This document shows, piece by piece, positions 1 to 13,100 of a stretch of DNA of 64,000 bases. This DNA comes from Mytilus edulis. Taxonomy: Eukaryota. Position 1 is the stretch's first letter; every line of letters starts with the position of its first letter. A program made the position numbers and the translations under genes. The notes below the pieces were generated by a model. It saw nothing but the letters and a program-made list of their open reading frames with translations, had not been told where the DNA came from and made no database searches. The stretch is from positions 18,786,001 through 18,850,000 of the forward strand of contig NC_092355.1 in NCBI RefSeq assembly GCF_963676685.1, written 5' to 3'.

Positions 1-610
1 GTGCTCCGCATGTGATATTCCTCATATTGCTCATGACAAGTACAAAATCGGTCAACTCAGCATTAATACATGTCACATGATTTTGATTTTTGATTTTTGA
101 TTTTTAATATATTTTTATCTTTTCAATAAAATACGGACATACTGTTTTGAATTCAAACTTAAGCACTGATCAAAGGAATATGTAATCTACCAAAACTGAC
201 AGTAATCTTCTTTATAACATCTTGGTTTTACTTTATTGTTTACATTTATTAACGCATGTCATTCATATCTACATTTCTAAACGAAGCGTGTTGTATTTTC
301 ATAAATAAAAAAATGATTATGCAACATTACTACGCACACTAAATTATTGTTTTGTATCGTGGTTATATGCAAAGGTCTTGGTTTGTCAATCCGATTGAAA
401 TACTAATTTTGTATCCACAATGGACTTAACAAGATATATTTGCAGTCATTTTTCGAGATATTCGGTTATTGATACAGTCATGTACAAATTGAAAAGCAGA
501 AATTGCATTGGTTGAAGTAAAAATTAATAGAATAAAAGACAACAGAGCTTTGTCATTTCGATGTAAAATTGCCTTTGCATTACTGTGTAATTTAACTGGT
601 GTTTTCAAAC

Positions 611-2353
611 ATGAGATGCTTATCTCTTTCTCATACCCTTTTGTTAATATCAGCCGCCTCGATACTTATAGCTGTATCTGTGGCTGGTTACACAGTTGCA
701 AAATCAGTGAAATGGACTTTTTATAATGAAGCAATAGACTTTGGATATGCATATATTTTATCTATGTATGCTTACCAAAACTTGTGGACTAGCTACGATA
801 TATGGAAACCCGGTGATATGTTTTACACAAAAGTCTTTATACCAGCCAGGTTCAGAGATGGTAAGATGATAAAATATTGTCTACTTAAATGTGAGGATGA
901 TTGAATTTAATCTGATTTTTTTTTAACTAAGACAGTCAGAAAGAAATGACATAACCTGGTTTTTAACCATGCTTCATTATGATACAGTCATCTTCCGTTA
1001 ATCGACATCGCGTTCATTTAACCTGGCTAAACAAAATTCGATCATACTATCAGTTGTCCATTTAACTAGAAGTTTTCTTATTCGATCAAATTATCTGGAC
1101 GTAAATTAAGTAAATATTTAAGTTCAGTGTTTTTATGTTTTGGACCTTCATCTTACGTTCCACATAAATTGAAAGATGACTTTAGCTGAAATTTAGGGTA
1201 TCAGTAATCATTTTTAAAAGTGTACTTAGCACTTTTTTAAAAACTATTGAGAAACTTTTATCAACAAAGTTAAAGAAAAACAGTTGTTCATAAATATTAA
1301 TTACTAGTAATCCAAAGTATAAAATGACAAATTTGTTCTTGAACAAAGCTAAATTCGTGTTTCTTAGTTTTTAGTTTTCTATGTTGTGTCATATGCACTA
1401 ATACTTGTCTGTCCCCCCTTTTTTTGGCTATGGCGTTGTCAGTTTATTTTCGATCTAAGAGTTTGACTGTCCCTCTGGTATAATTCGCCTCTCTTTCTTT
1501 AAAGATACGATATTTGTTTGAAGAGATGTTGCTCATGACGTAATAAACTGTAAATAATAATCCAAGTTCGGCTATGAACATAAGCCATTTATTATTGTTG
1601 TAATATTATATGAGCCGACATCGATAATACAGTCTTTACACTTCATATTTATCATGTTTATAGAAAATATGTCTTTTTCAGTTAGTGATATTGATGAAAG
1701 AGAAAACAGTTAATTCAATTTGCGTCTTTTTCAGATGCGTGGAAACTTTTATATGAAATAATGTTTTAAGTAAATAAAGTGAACTCACTGTTGAACCAAT
1801 TTACTATACGTTTCCTTTGTTTATACAGGAAGTATTATATTTAAGTGGCATAAGCTACGGTATACACAGTACATCAATATATTTTGTTTTATTTTAAACA
1901 TTTTTAATAGCGGAATACTGCAATAGTAGTTTGATATAAGCAGTCATGTTGTCTGAGTGCTTCCAGTTCAACAACGTTGTATGCTTAGTTGATAGTTCCA
2001 GTTTTTGACATTTGTCTACGAAAATTTGACACATTTTATGCCACAGACAGCCATGGATTCTATTGTCTTTACCTTTACTATCTCAAATGATTGATTTTCC
2101 TGTTGCAGGTGGACTTTTGGTGTCTTCTTTGATCTTCTATCAGAACAAATACAAGTCCATTTTGTCAGTTCTATTCGACGATCCTGCCAATCTATATCCA
2201 GAGAAAGAGAACATTTCAATCGGATTCTACTTGACCGCGTTTGCTAGCGCAATGTTTTTCGCTTCTTCTTTCTTCAATATGGCAAATATATGTATAGATA
2301 AGAAAGCTACTCAAGCCTCTGTCCAACCTTCAAGTGGGCCTCGTCATAAATAA
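611..2353 (+). pseudogene. Claudin-like tetraspan paralog A: exon 1 611-860, exon 2 remnant from 1735, exon 3 2109-2353. Probable pseudogene or exon-2-skipped variant
   Basis: Exon 1 (ATG at 611, donor G|gtaag at 861) is 63/83 aa identical to gene B exon 1. Exon 3 (ttgcag|GTGGA) matches B exon 3. The acceptor at 1734 gives only D-A-W-K-L-L (paralogs DSWRLL), then unrelated sequence and TAA at 1767-1769, so the rest of the 165-nt exon 2 is missing. The terminal TAA (2351-2353) aligns with a GAA in B (K*TKAQTT vs QETKEKTT). Confidence 0.8.
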
Positions 2354-2538
2354 ACAAAGGCACAAACGACTGATATATCAACTGCCACAGGCCTAATTAA
2401 CAATTGCATTTCCTTTAAGAATTTGCTTTCGTTGAAGAGAACTTTTATTAAAGTTTACAATTTACTTACTGACGAAACTGAAGTCTTTTTTTATAATGCT
2501 TTTTTTATGCGGGTATTTACTCTACAGGTGCATTATTC

Positions 2539-2573
2539 GTGTGTGCGTGTGTGTGTGCGTGTATGTATGTGTG
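2539..2573. repeat. (GT)n/(GTAT)n compound microsatellite downstream of gene A
   Basis: gtgtgtgcgtgtgtgtgtgcgtgtatgtatgtgtg. Confidence 0.85.
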
Positions 2574-4156
2574 TTAACCTCTCAATCATTTTCTAACTAT
2601 GTTTTGTTGTACGCGTGAATATTTGTGTTGATTTTTTTTTTATTGAAAGCCACCCATTATAGCTTATATTTTCACTTTGTTTAGAATACACGAACTACAA
2701 ATAAAGCTTTGTGTCTGATGTTCTTTTTTGTAATGTTTTGTTTATTACAAAATTATTTTTATACACCAAAACCAACGCTTGTTACTATATAAGGGACATA
2801 ATTCCGAATTTTATACAACGAATATATGGTTTCAGCATTCCTTATTTCTATAGTTATAACGAACACAGACTTTGAGTTGGCTATCATCATAACGGCTATC
2901 TTCGATACACACTAGTCATTAAAAGATGGTTGATAATTGTGTCAGTATAGTATCACAGTGCTCATAGTAACATGACATGCTGTTCATTTCGTCGGTTATA
3001 TGGTTCATATACTTATTCAGTTTTATTTAGCGTTTTGTATACTCTTATTTGTCTTTTTGGACTATTCTCTTCTTTTTGTCATAGCGTTTTCACTGCTTTT
3101 TCGACATATGAAATGTCTAGCTGATACTTTTCGACATATGGAATGTCCAGTCGGTATCCTTCGCTTACCTTTTACAATACTGGTTTGTTTGGCATGTGTG
3201 TCGCCGAAAGCCGATCTCTTACTCTCAATAGAAGAGCGACTTCTATAAAGAAGAAACTAAACCTTTCCATTTTGGGAAGTTGGTGGCAATACCTAGGATG
3301 GTATAAGGAGTCGTTGTAGCGACAGGCCGGAATTACCTGTTTGTGATGTTAATTTGATTCATATCTCATTAGAGATTTGTTCTAAGAAGAAATAGTTGAT
3401 TGATCATATGCATTTATCTTCTAATGATACAGATAATGTCTTAGAAGATTATTGTGATTAGTATTGACAGTACCCAACTATAATTTGAAGTATTGATATT
3501 GATCCAACGTTAAGTGAAATAAAAGTTTCCAACCTACTTTATAAAAAATTTCGTCACAATATTACCATAAAGTAATTTAAAAGAATATTTGTATATACTG
3601 TCATCGTATTCTAGCAAACAGTTATACTCAAACCGGTGTTGGTGTCACCTTGTTAAAACGTGTCAGGGTTTGAGCTTTTCTGAGGACCTGAATTTTAATA
3701 TGAAAATAACGCTTAACCGCGCTTCATATGTTTTTGTTTTTGACAAGACTTAGTGCTTGTAGTAATTTTGTGTTCTGTCAGCGTAAATTTGATGGTTTTG
3801 GGTTCTCCTTTTCATTTAAGAATTATAGCATATAATATTGCCAATAATGTCCCAATTAAATGTTCCTTTTGTTTTGGTTAATTATCTTAATGCAACTATC
3901 GTAAATAGGAAGATAAAATCCGAGCAAGACATCATAAGTTGAAGACAGGAAGAATATTCAATTACCAAAGACACAACTGCTGGCAAACCACTACAAATTA
4001 AAATCCGGATTGAGTAACACGGACGTTACCATAAACTGAGAGTGCACTATGTTACACCAGACAGATAAGCATGGTCAGTCCTATTTGTATAATCTGTCGT
4101 ATTGCCCTACACTAATGAATATCCGGTGATAAGTACATGTTTTAGTTTTAAACATA

Positions 4157-4495
4157 TTTATTTATAGTGGATTGGGAAACAAGTTTTGCAACTTATATTA
4201 ATCCCTTTCCACTTTGCGGGTGCGAGTGCTGCCTTTTAGCGGCATTAGCCTGCTCTTTTTCGAAATCTACAAGGGTGTCTTTAACGTGCAAGAGATATGG
4301 CTCTCTCTTAACACGGGTCAGCCATTTTTCGTCCCCGTCCGACGGACTATCGCCGTTTCCTCAAGACCATACTCGCAAATGGTGTCAAGGGAGAGCCGAA
4401 AATTAAGTCCCTGAAATTTTCATACCAGATGAGAATCGAACCAGGAACCTTTGTGTTAGTAGTCCTATGCACTAACCACTACATTACGGCTCTCA
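4157..4495 (-). mobile_element. tRNA-derived SINE, probably with a Deu/Nin-type conserved core
   Basis: The minus strand begins with a tRNA-like head (A box TAGTGGTTAG, B box GGTTCGATTC). The body GTCCGTCGGACGGGGACG...GCACGTTAAAGACACCC...TTCGAAAAAGAGCAGG resembles the Deu/Nin domain as recalled. AT-rich tail. A 3' fragment of the same family lies at ~32147-32220. Confidence 0.75.
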
Positions 4496-6650
4496 CAGTC
4501 ATAGACGAGGAAGTGGAAAATACAAAGGTTTTTGTAGCGTCACGTCAAGCACCAACACTTTATCAAATATATCAAGACAACAAATGCAAGAAATAAGATA
4601 TCGTATAGCAATTTGTTACATACAATAGGAAAGTTTATAACCAGACAAATGAAGTCATTGTCTTGTGGTTATGTTTCTGTCTTTCAAAGTCAGTCTTGAT
4701 ATGAAGCAAACCAAAAGTGACGACAGTCACACCATCTATATAGTGGAACGTGAAGTTATTGAATATCGACAGATTGTTTATCTACTTGACCAGACACCGT
4801 ATACACTTGGTCACATTTATTGAGGAACAAACTTGCGATTGTCAGCTGTTTCAAAACACGCCTACCAATATGAACGCAAAAGTTTTCAATAAAATAAATT
4901 CAAAGATCTTGATGATGTCAATATCAGATTGTTTTAGTTCATACTAGTCTTTTGGACATTGGTTTATAACTGTAATCATCTAATAGTTCTAAATTTGTTA
5001 TAACATCATAGCATTGACACAATTATGGACGTAAACATGTATGATAAATCGAAATTTAACGACTTCTTATGAACGCAACACATAGGATACGCAACAATTT
5101 TCAACTCTTTCGTCACATCCTCATGTTGAATTCGTTTTACAAAATACAATAGTAGATCCCAATTAAATCGAAAAGTTTCAGATCACGTGTACATTTTACA
5201 ATTAAAGAATTTCTCGACACTTGCAGTTTTAAATTATCTCTCTCTCTCTCTGAGCAACGATTTTTAACAGTATCAAAAAATGAATTTCAAATTTAAAATC
5301 TGACAAACTTGTCCTGAAACAATCGCCTTCATTATTTTGTCGAATGTGTTGTATGTTTGCATTTTTCGCACTGTGTCGTTGTTACATTATGTTTTCAGGA
5401 AATAAAACACTACAAGCAACATCTTCATTTTGGGTACATAACTGGCAGAAGTCATGCAGATAGAAATATCTTGTGTCGTGGCAACCCAATTTTAATTTCT
5501 TCTGAAATGTCCTGCTCTATCACATTCATAGCATGGTTAATTTCTGCGTGGCACACTTGACTTTGACTATTCATTTAGTCTGCACGTGCTTGTTTGCATG
5601 TGGGTCATCACTGTTTATGATACTCCTTATCATATATATAAATCAGAACATGTGGTTTGAGTGTCAATGTACCATATTACTGGCTTTTGATTTTAAGTTG
5701 CTCTTACTTTGCAGAGCACCAGAATGTCCTGTTACCGAAAAAAGGTCACATGTCAAAAACATATATACTTTGTAGTCAAAAGTCGGTAATGTGAAATTGT
5801 CTATTACTACATGTACTCTATCAGTTGCAAATTAGATTACATAAATTAATGATTGAGTTTTAAAAATAAACAATACTATAATTCATTCCATCCTGTATAT
5901 ATTACATTATGATTCCTAGTACATGCAGTTGGCAAGCGTTCTTTTGATAAGACTATGCTATTTTTCAATGTCCTTTAAAACAAAGATATTTTTCTACAAA
6001 TGCATTCGAGCTCTGTAAAACAAGAGTCAGTCAATATTACCGTGTATGTAAAAAACTATGTATACAACACAATCTCGCTTTGTCTTTTAGACTGTATTTG
6101 CGCTAGGTTCAAGCGTTAGTCCTTATTCCGAAAATGACCTTTCCCTGGTATTTTCATAGGCAATGTTAAGTCTTTAGATAATAATTAGTAATGCACATAC
6201 ATTTACGAATGAACTTAAACAGTTTGAAAGTTTAATTTGCAAACTAGCTGTCAACTTACTAATATCAGTCTATGGAAGAAGCGATTCGATAAAAACTTTT
6301 CTTATATCAACGAGCGATATTGTCTTATATCAACGAGTTGCATTGTGAGAAATTTCAGACGAATGTTAGCATTTGTACGAAGAAAGGCAGATTTCTCGGC
6401 ATAAAGTACTGACTCTTTTCTTAAATCAGGGTGACATTTAACACAACATACGTCTGGTGTATAATTTCCATGAATTATTTATGTAATAACAAGCAAGGTG
6501 TATTTAAACGAGAAAATTGAATTGTTGAATAAATAAAACATAAATGCACGATTTATCATTTGTAGATGTACACATTCTATAAATATCATGTAGCAAATTC
6601 AGTGGAATGCAATTGAGATGAATTCAATTGTTTCCTCAGCCAAAATCACC

Positions 6651-7115
6651 TATAGGTTGCACTTGTGTAAAACCAGCAATGCAGTTTTCCATAAGAACTG
6701 CCTAAATTGCATATGCAGTCACTCTTCATTCAGGAAGTTTTGAGGAGAATGTTATATTTCCCTGGAAAGGAGACATGCACTACTTTTTTTTGCACTAATA
6801 AAAACATATAGCTGTGCGGCATATTTTCAAGTTTTACTGCCCTCCATTTATAAACATTGCAGGTTCGCACTGAATTTTTCCATTAAATTTGACTCAACAC
6901 CCAAATGTCTTCCAGTCCTCCTGAAAAATAAGTTAAATACATAGACATTTTTATTTATATCCATTTAATTCTCCAATCAAGTCTTAATTAAAAAAAAATA
7001 CTTTGCATCCATGGCAACAACTATGTAAACAGTAGCAGTATTTTATGCACATTCAATTTCTCCCCAAAAGAGGCGTGACTTGCAATCACACGTGATTTAC
7101 AAAGTGCAACCTATA
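6651..7115. mobile_element. MITE-like element
   Basis: TATAGGTTGCACTTGTGTAAA ... TTTACAAAGTGCAACCTATA terminal inverted repeats. Confidence 0.75.
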
Positions 7116-10100
7116 AGTAAAAAAATACTGCTATATTTTATTATATCAATGCGATATTTGTCTTATATCATAGCGATGATTTTTTAATATCAAAAATTTA
7201 TGAATGGGATACTTTTCTAATATAACTGCTATAGTTTTCTAATATAAAATGAATACGATGACACGTCACAATGCATGTCAAGAAAACTGCAAACATAATT
7301 CAAAAACTTAGATCATGACCGGTTTAACGTTTTAGGATCAATATCACTAAAATTTCGTAACTGTAACAAAATTAACGCTTACATGAACTTATCATTTCGA
7401 AAATGTTGCTTGACCCTATTGATAGTTGAAAGTGTTAACAACCTGTTCAGTCTATTGTTTTCAATCACATGGTTTAGCCGACTAATTCTATTTGAAGTGA
7501 TGATGCAATGGCGGAATTTAAATGCGGTTGCAAATAGTCTACCGACCTATTAGATTCTAATATACTGGTCACACTGCTATAGCCTATCCATCTTGGTAAT
7601 ATCGAAATAGACAAAAATAAATCATTACTTAAACAGAAACATTCATTCAAACAATCCAATCCAATACAGCTCCAAATTACAATGAATATTCAAATGGTAA
7701 AATAAATAATCCAAACAAATTAAAATGTACAAATGCTGATGTCCCGAACTTTGAAGATACCAACTGAGGTAGTCTCAGACTATAAATTGGACAACTTCAG
7801 ATACAACGAAAATCAAAAATCTTGTCAAACAGAAAATTTATTTATTATTAACATAGAAAAAAATATTAGGAAGGAAAACAGTTCTTTTTGGATATCAAAG
7901 ACTTTTCCCGTTGGTAAATCGTTATCTCTATGAACATAATCAGCTCGCCGCGTAGACGCTCTTTTACATCGCGATGACCGTGAGGGCATTCCGATGTATT
8001 GTTGCCACAGAGATTTGACTTTCGTTTTTGGCTGGTAATCGATCGTATAAATACGCGAACATTGTGTGGTGCAATATAACAATCCGTATCGCTTGTTATA
8101 AATTCATTTCTTCAATGAGTACTAAAAAAAATTGTAAAGAACACAAATACATAAGATGTAAATGTCTTTTGACGTTAGAAATGTGTATATATCTTTTCTA
8201 TATTTGTAAATTTAGATCGTTCAGTTGGAGGACTGGAAAGCAGTTATTTATAAGGGGAGATTTTAAAGATTTATAGATATAAGAAGATGGTGCATGAGTT
8301 CGAATGAGACAACTTTCCATCAAAGTAATAATTTGTTTAAAGTAAACCATTATAGATCAAAGTAGGGCCTTAAATACGAAGCCTTGGCTCACAACAAACA
8401 CCACGCTATATAGGAACAAAAACATTAGTTACTAGTGTTATCCATTCAAACAGGAAAACCAACGGTCTAATTTGTATAAAAAAAGGAGATTCAAAAATAC
8501 AGGTCAGATTTTGTCGAATCAATCTGAACGAGGACAGTATGATTCATCTTTGTCACAAGTTAGTTTCATTGTAATCAATAAAGAAAGTCTTCCACGCGTG
8601 CGTTGCGAGCATATCGGATATATATTATTTCGGTGCGTTCATTATAAAATTTGCTCAATGTTATATATGTGAACAATCATTTTGATACTTAGCTATTTGA
8701 TTACGACATTGTTTATTCAACCCTTATTTGATTAGCTTTGCTTCCAAAACCAATTGAGAAATTTGTAAGATGTTACTAAAAACAATTTGAATTTAAGCAA
8801 ATGTCTTAAAACTGCTTATTTACATACAATACTACTAAGAAATAAATTCACAAAAATACTGAACTCTGTGGAAAATTCAAAACAGAAAGTCCCTTATCAA
8901 ATGGTAAAAACAAATGATAAAACACACCAAACGAATGGATAACAACTGTCATATTTCTGACTCGGTACTGGCATTTTCTAATTTTGAGAATGGTGAATTG
9001 AACCTGGTTTTATAGCGCTTAACCTCTCACGTGTATGACAGTCTCATCAATTTCTGTCATATTTACAATGATGCGTGATCAAAACAGACATAATAGGTGA
9101 AATTGTCAAAATATTGGTACAGCAGTCTAATATTTTAGATTCTAATAAGATACAAAAACACCGCTATGAAATTTTAAAAGTATCGCATTGATATAAGAAA
9201 TAATAGCATTTGTTTATTTATGTATATACATGTAAGCAAAACACAGCACTTCAAATTTTACACGGACATAAACTTTAGCTTCTAACTGACTTCTGAATGT
9301 ATATTTAGACTCAATTGTTGTTTATATTTGAACAATAAGTTTTAAAGTTAGTATTTTCTTAATTTTTCGTTGCCAAAAACAACATTTTCCGCATGGAATG
9401 TCTGCATATTTACAATTGATATTAGACAATATTGCTATGTGATATAAGAAAAGTTTTTATCGATACGCTTCTTCCATAGACTAAATATATATTATGTAAA
9501 AAGTTTTGATTGTACTGGTTGTTCCCTGGGTTAATCAAGTATATTTATTTTCACTTAAACAAAATTCGATGATTAAGAATATTTTTATCAAATCAATTTT
9601 GACAGATTATTATATTAAAGTGAGTGACATTTTTGTTGTAAAATATTTGTCAAAATTCAATAATCTAAAATATTTCATTTCTGCTACTTAATTAAACAGA
9701 CGTCCTATAGAGTTACAGTTTCCATTGTGTAACGGATTTTGCCCTCAAAGGGAAACAATAACTGTTTTGATTTAAACCATGAGGGTATCGAGGGTACATT
9801 TAAATCCATTTTTACACTAAAAAAAACGTTCACTGTTTTACGGCTTTAGAAAAACTTATCCGCTTTATTCAAAGATAATTCATTGGTAAATGATTAAACT
9901 TTGTTAGTCTTGTTAATCTTTTTTTCTTATTTTCTAGAAGAAGTTTGCGTTTATTGGTTGTTTGCCTTTACGTATTTTATGGATGTATTTCTGTAGAGGT
10001 CTTGCATATCTTTTATTTACTGATTTATTCATTTGTTCAGGATAATATGGATATAATAACTATCCTTTTTAATAATTAATTAATTTTATAAATACTAACG

Positions 10101-13100
10101 TTTAGCTATGCTTTAGGTATGTAATTAGACCATGCATCGAATTTTTTTCAGCAATTAATTTTATTGTAAATATAAAAAAAAGTAGCAAATCAAATCAAAT
10201 GAAGAAGAAAAAAACCTTTCCACCCTCAATATTTTTCTAATCTGATCAAGATATCATTGTAAAGTGTCAATCTAAGTAACATAATGAAACCTTAAACAAA
10301 GGGATTTGTCTTTTTATTTCATTGACGCTCGTTCATTGTACTCAGATTAAATATATTTAATAAACAAAATACGGGGGTTCGTTGTGTTCCATAGTATATT
10401 GTATTGTATTATGGCATTTTGTTCAATGTGTATTGGTATATTTAAGTCATTGTAGTAAATTAAATGTATTTGGGCGTACGGATAATCACAATTTTTGTAC
10501 TTGGGTTGTAATTAAAGACTGAATATTTGAAGGTAAGATTTAACGAAAAAAAAATACGGTTTTTGTGTTATTTATTACAAGAATTTAGTTTTGCATCAAA
10601 TGTAAACTTTTAAAACATTCCCCATTCCCTTTCTAAATTTAATTAATTTTACCAAGCTTCCAATTTTTGTGTTGCCCGTCTTGTTTCATTTTACCGAATT
10701 GTCGTATTATCCATGAATTCGTCCTGAACATACATGACATAGTTGCCACTGGACATTAAGCAATCAATAGTCAAACATATTACCCATGAACGTTATTTTT
10801 TTTTATCTTTTAATTACTGTAACTGTAATTCTTTCTCAGATTGATATGTTCGATTTGAGATCAAAATAAATACAATAAAAGAAATGGTCATTCATTTAGC
10901 TTATTTTCTTATCACATTCATAATTCAGAGAGTTGTCAAAATATATATTTTGCAAATCACAATTTATATAAGGTAAACTGTGCAATATTTTCTTATTCTA
11001 ACACAACTGTCAGTAGCCGTACGTATATCTCGCGGCATGTCATATTTGAACAAAAATTCAATTAACTAAACTCTCTTCCTTATTCATATAAGAAGTCCGC
11101 ACCAAACATTATATTGGTTAATCTATATTCTGGTGGAAGGTCGGAGGAGGATCGTTTGCGGATTGACTATTTATTTTAATCTATTGCTACATGTACGCAT
11201 GATTATATTTTACGCGGGAAAACTATTTTTTTGACACAACTGGTTCCTGCATTTTTGTTGTTGCAGAAAATCAATTTTCATCCTGTTTTATGCAGGGGTA
11301 TGTACTTTGAGCTATAACCTGACAATACATGTAACTTGCATTTTCAAGAACCAAAATGAAGTATTGCATTGTTATGGATGTATAGTGAATAAAAGAGAAT
11401 GTATGGTAAAAGGTTAGTCAAAGGTTATGCATCCAAGCACCACAATCTAACTATAAAGAAAACATATGTGAACATATGGTTTTATCAAATTCTTATATAT
11501 ACATAAAAAAAAAAATTTGGAATTTTGGTTGTACCTGTAGCAAATTAACCTGCATGTATTGCAAATGGGATAGCATATCATAATTGTTATGGTGATGTTG
11601 TTTAGCGAGTCCTTAACTTTAGATACGATGAGACTAAACGTATCGATCCTTTCAATACACTTATTCTAAAAGGTTATCAATTCTAAAAATTCTTTGAAAA
11701 TTGTGTTATCGGTACAAATGTTGACTTTATAATCAGTAATAAAACCATACAATCCAACCTCTTTGTGTATGTACATGTCTTAAGTCAGGAGCCTGTAATT
11801 TAATGGTACATGTAGTCGTTTGTTGCTGTATATCATATTTGTTATTCGTTTATTGCTTTGTACATAAGTTATGGAGGCCGTTAAATTTCTTGTTTGAATT
11901 GTTTTACATTCGTCATTTCGAGTCTTTTATTGCTTACTAAAATGAATGGGTTTTGTTCTTTTTGAAGGCCATACGATGACCTATAGTTGCTTATTCCTAC
12001 AATGTCATTTATTCTAAGATGAAAGATTGATAGTTATTAAAATCTATGTTATCTAGTCTCTGGTGGAGGAGAGGTATCTCATTGTCAATCAAATCACATC
12101 TTCTCAGTTTGATACCCTTGCCATTAATCGAAAATGTGCAATATATAAACAAGAACATGTAATTGTATCGTTTTACGATTATTAAACCTTTATGGGGTTA
12201 ACAATTTGAAAAACAACGTGATAGAGCTATATTTCTCTTCTCAACGAGGCCTTTAATAAAAAGCAAATGCCCACTATTCACTGCTACTTCAAGACGGTAC
12301 TAGATCCAGTTAAAGCGGAATTCTTTGCTTGATGTTTAGAAATGTGTTTTCCTTTGTCTAAACGTTTTGTTTCAAGCCTGGTTGTACAAAATGTATATAA
12401 AGGTCAGTTGTTATGAAGTAATAATACAGACAAGACAAATACTTTATTAAAGTCTCACCACTTGTTACATATAAAATATACAGCTTTTTAAAACACAAAT
12501 TAACAACAAGAGCCACTCTATAAAGAGTTATGAGAGACTATAAAACAATTTTTCTTAAATTATAATACAAATACAACTTAAGTCAACTATCATGAATATA
12601 AATTACATTTTCGCTTTATTAAAATTTCATAGCAGATTTTGGCAGTATAAAATACCATATTTTCATTTATAAAAAGAAATATAAATTTCACATTATCAGA
12701 CATACACCTACATGTACAGTGATATGTGATGTCATCAAAGATGATTAACAAAAAATATATGATGAACGTGTAAACATATTTAATTCAGAAACTATTAAAC
12801 TTTGACTAATCTCTAAGGACTTTCTAATTTTATGCTGTGACAATTGAAACAACGATTATAACTAAAGGTTGTACATTCGTACTCAGGTCAGGTTTTGGAT
12901 TTGTTGCATATATAAGGTAAAAGTCGGTGTCGGCTTTTTCTCGTCATCTTGAAAAAAATAAATATCTGGAAAAGAAGTTTTAAAACCTATCAATATTCTA
13001 AGCTTATTTTTTTCTATAACTAATGACATTCTGACTCAAAGTATACATTTTTAAATTCTAGATCTTTTAAGTTTCACCTAAGTACATCCTTTCAGTAAGA

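Noticed and set aside
4425-4495. Possible tRNA gene on the minus strand
   Set aside because: Has A and B boxes but no convincing acceptor stem, and continues into a SINE body.
7825-8082. CpG-rich patch with an 85-aa ORF
   Set aside because: No recognisable domain in the frames read and no supporting splice partners. It could be regulatory or a TE relic.
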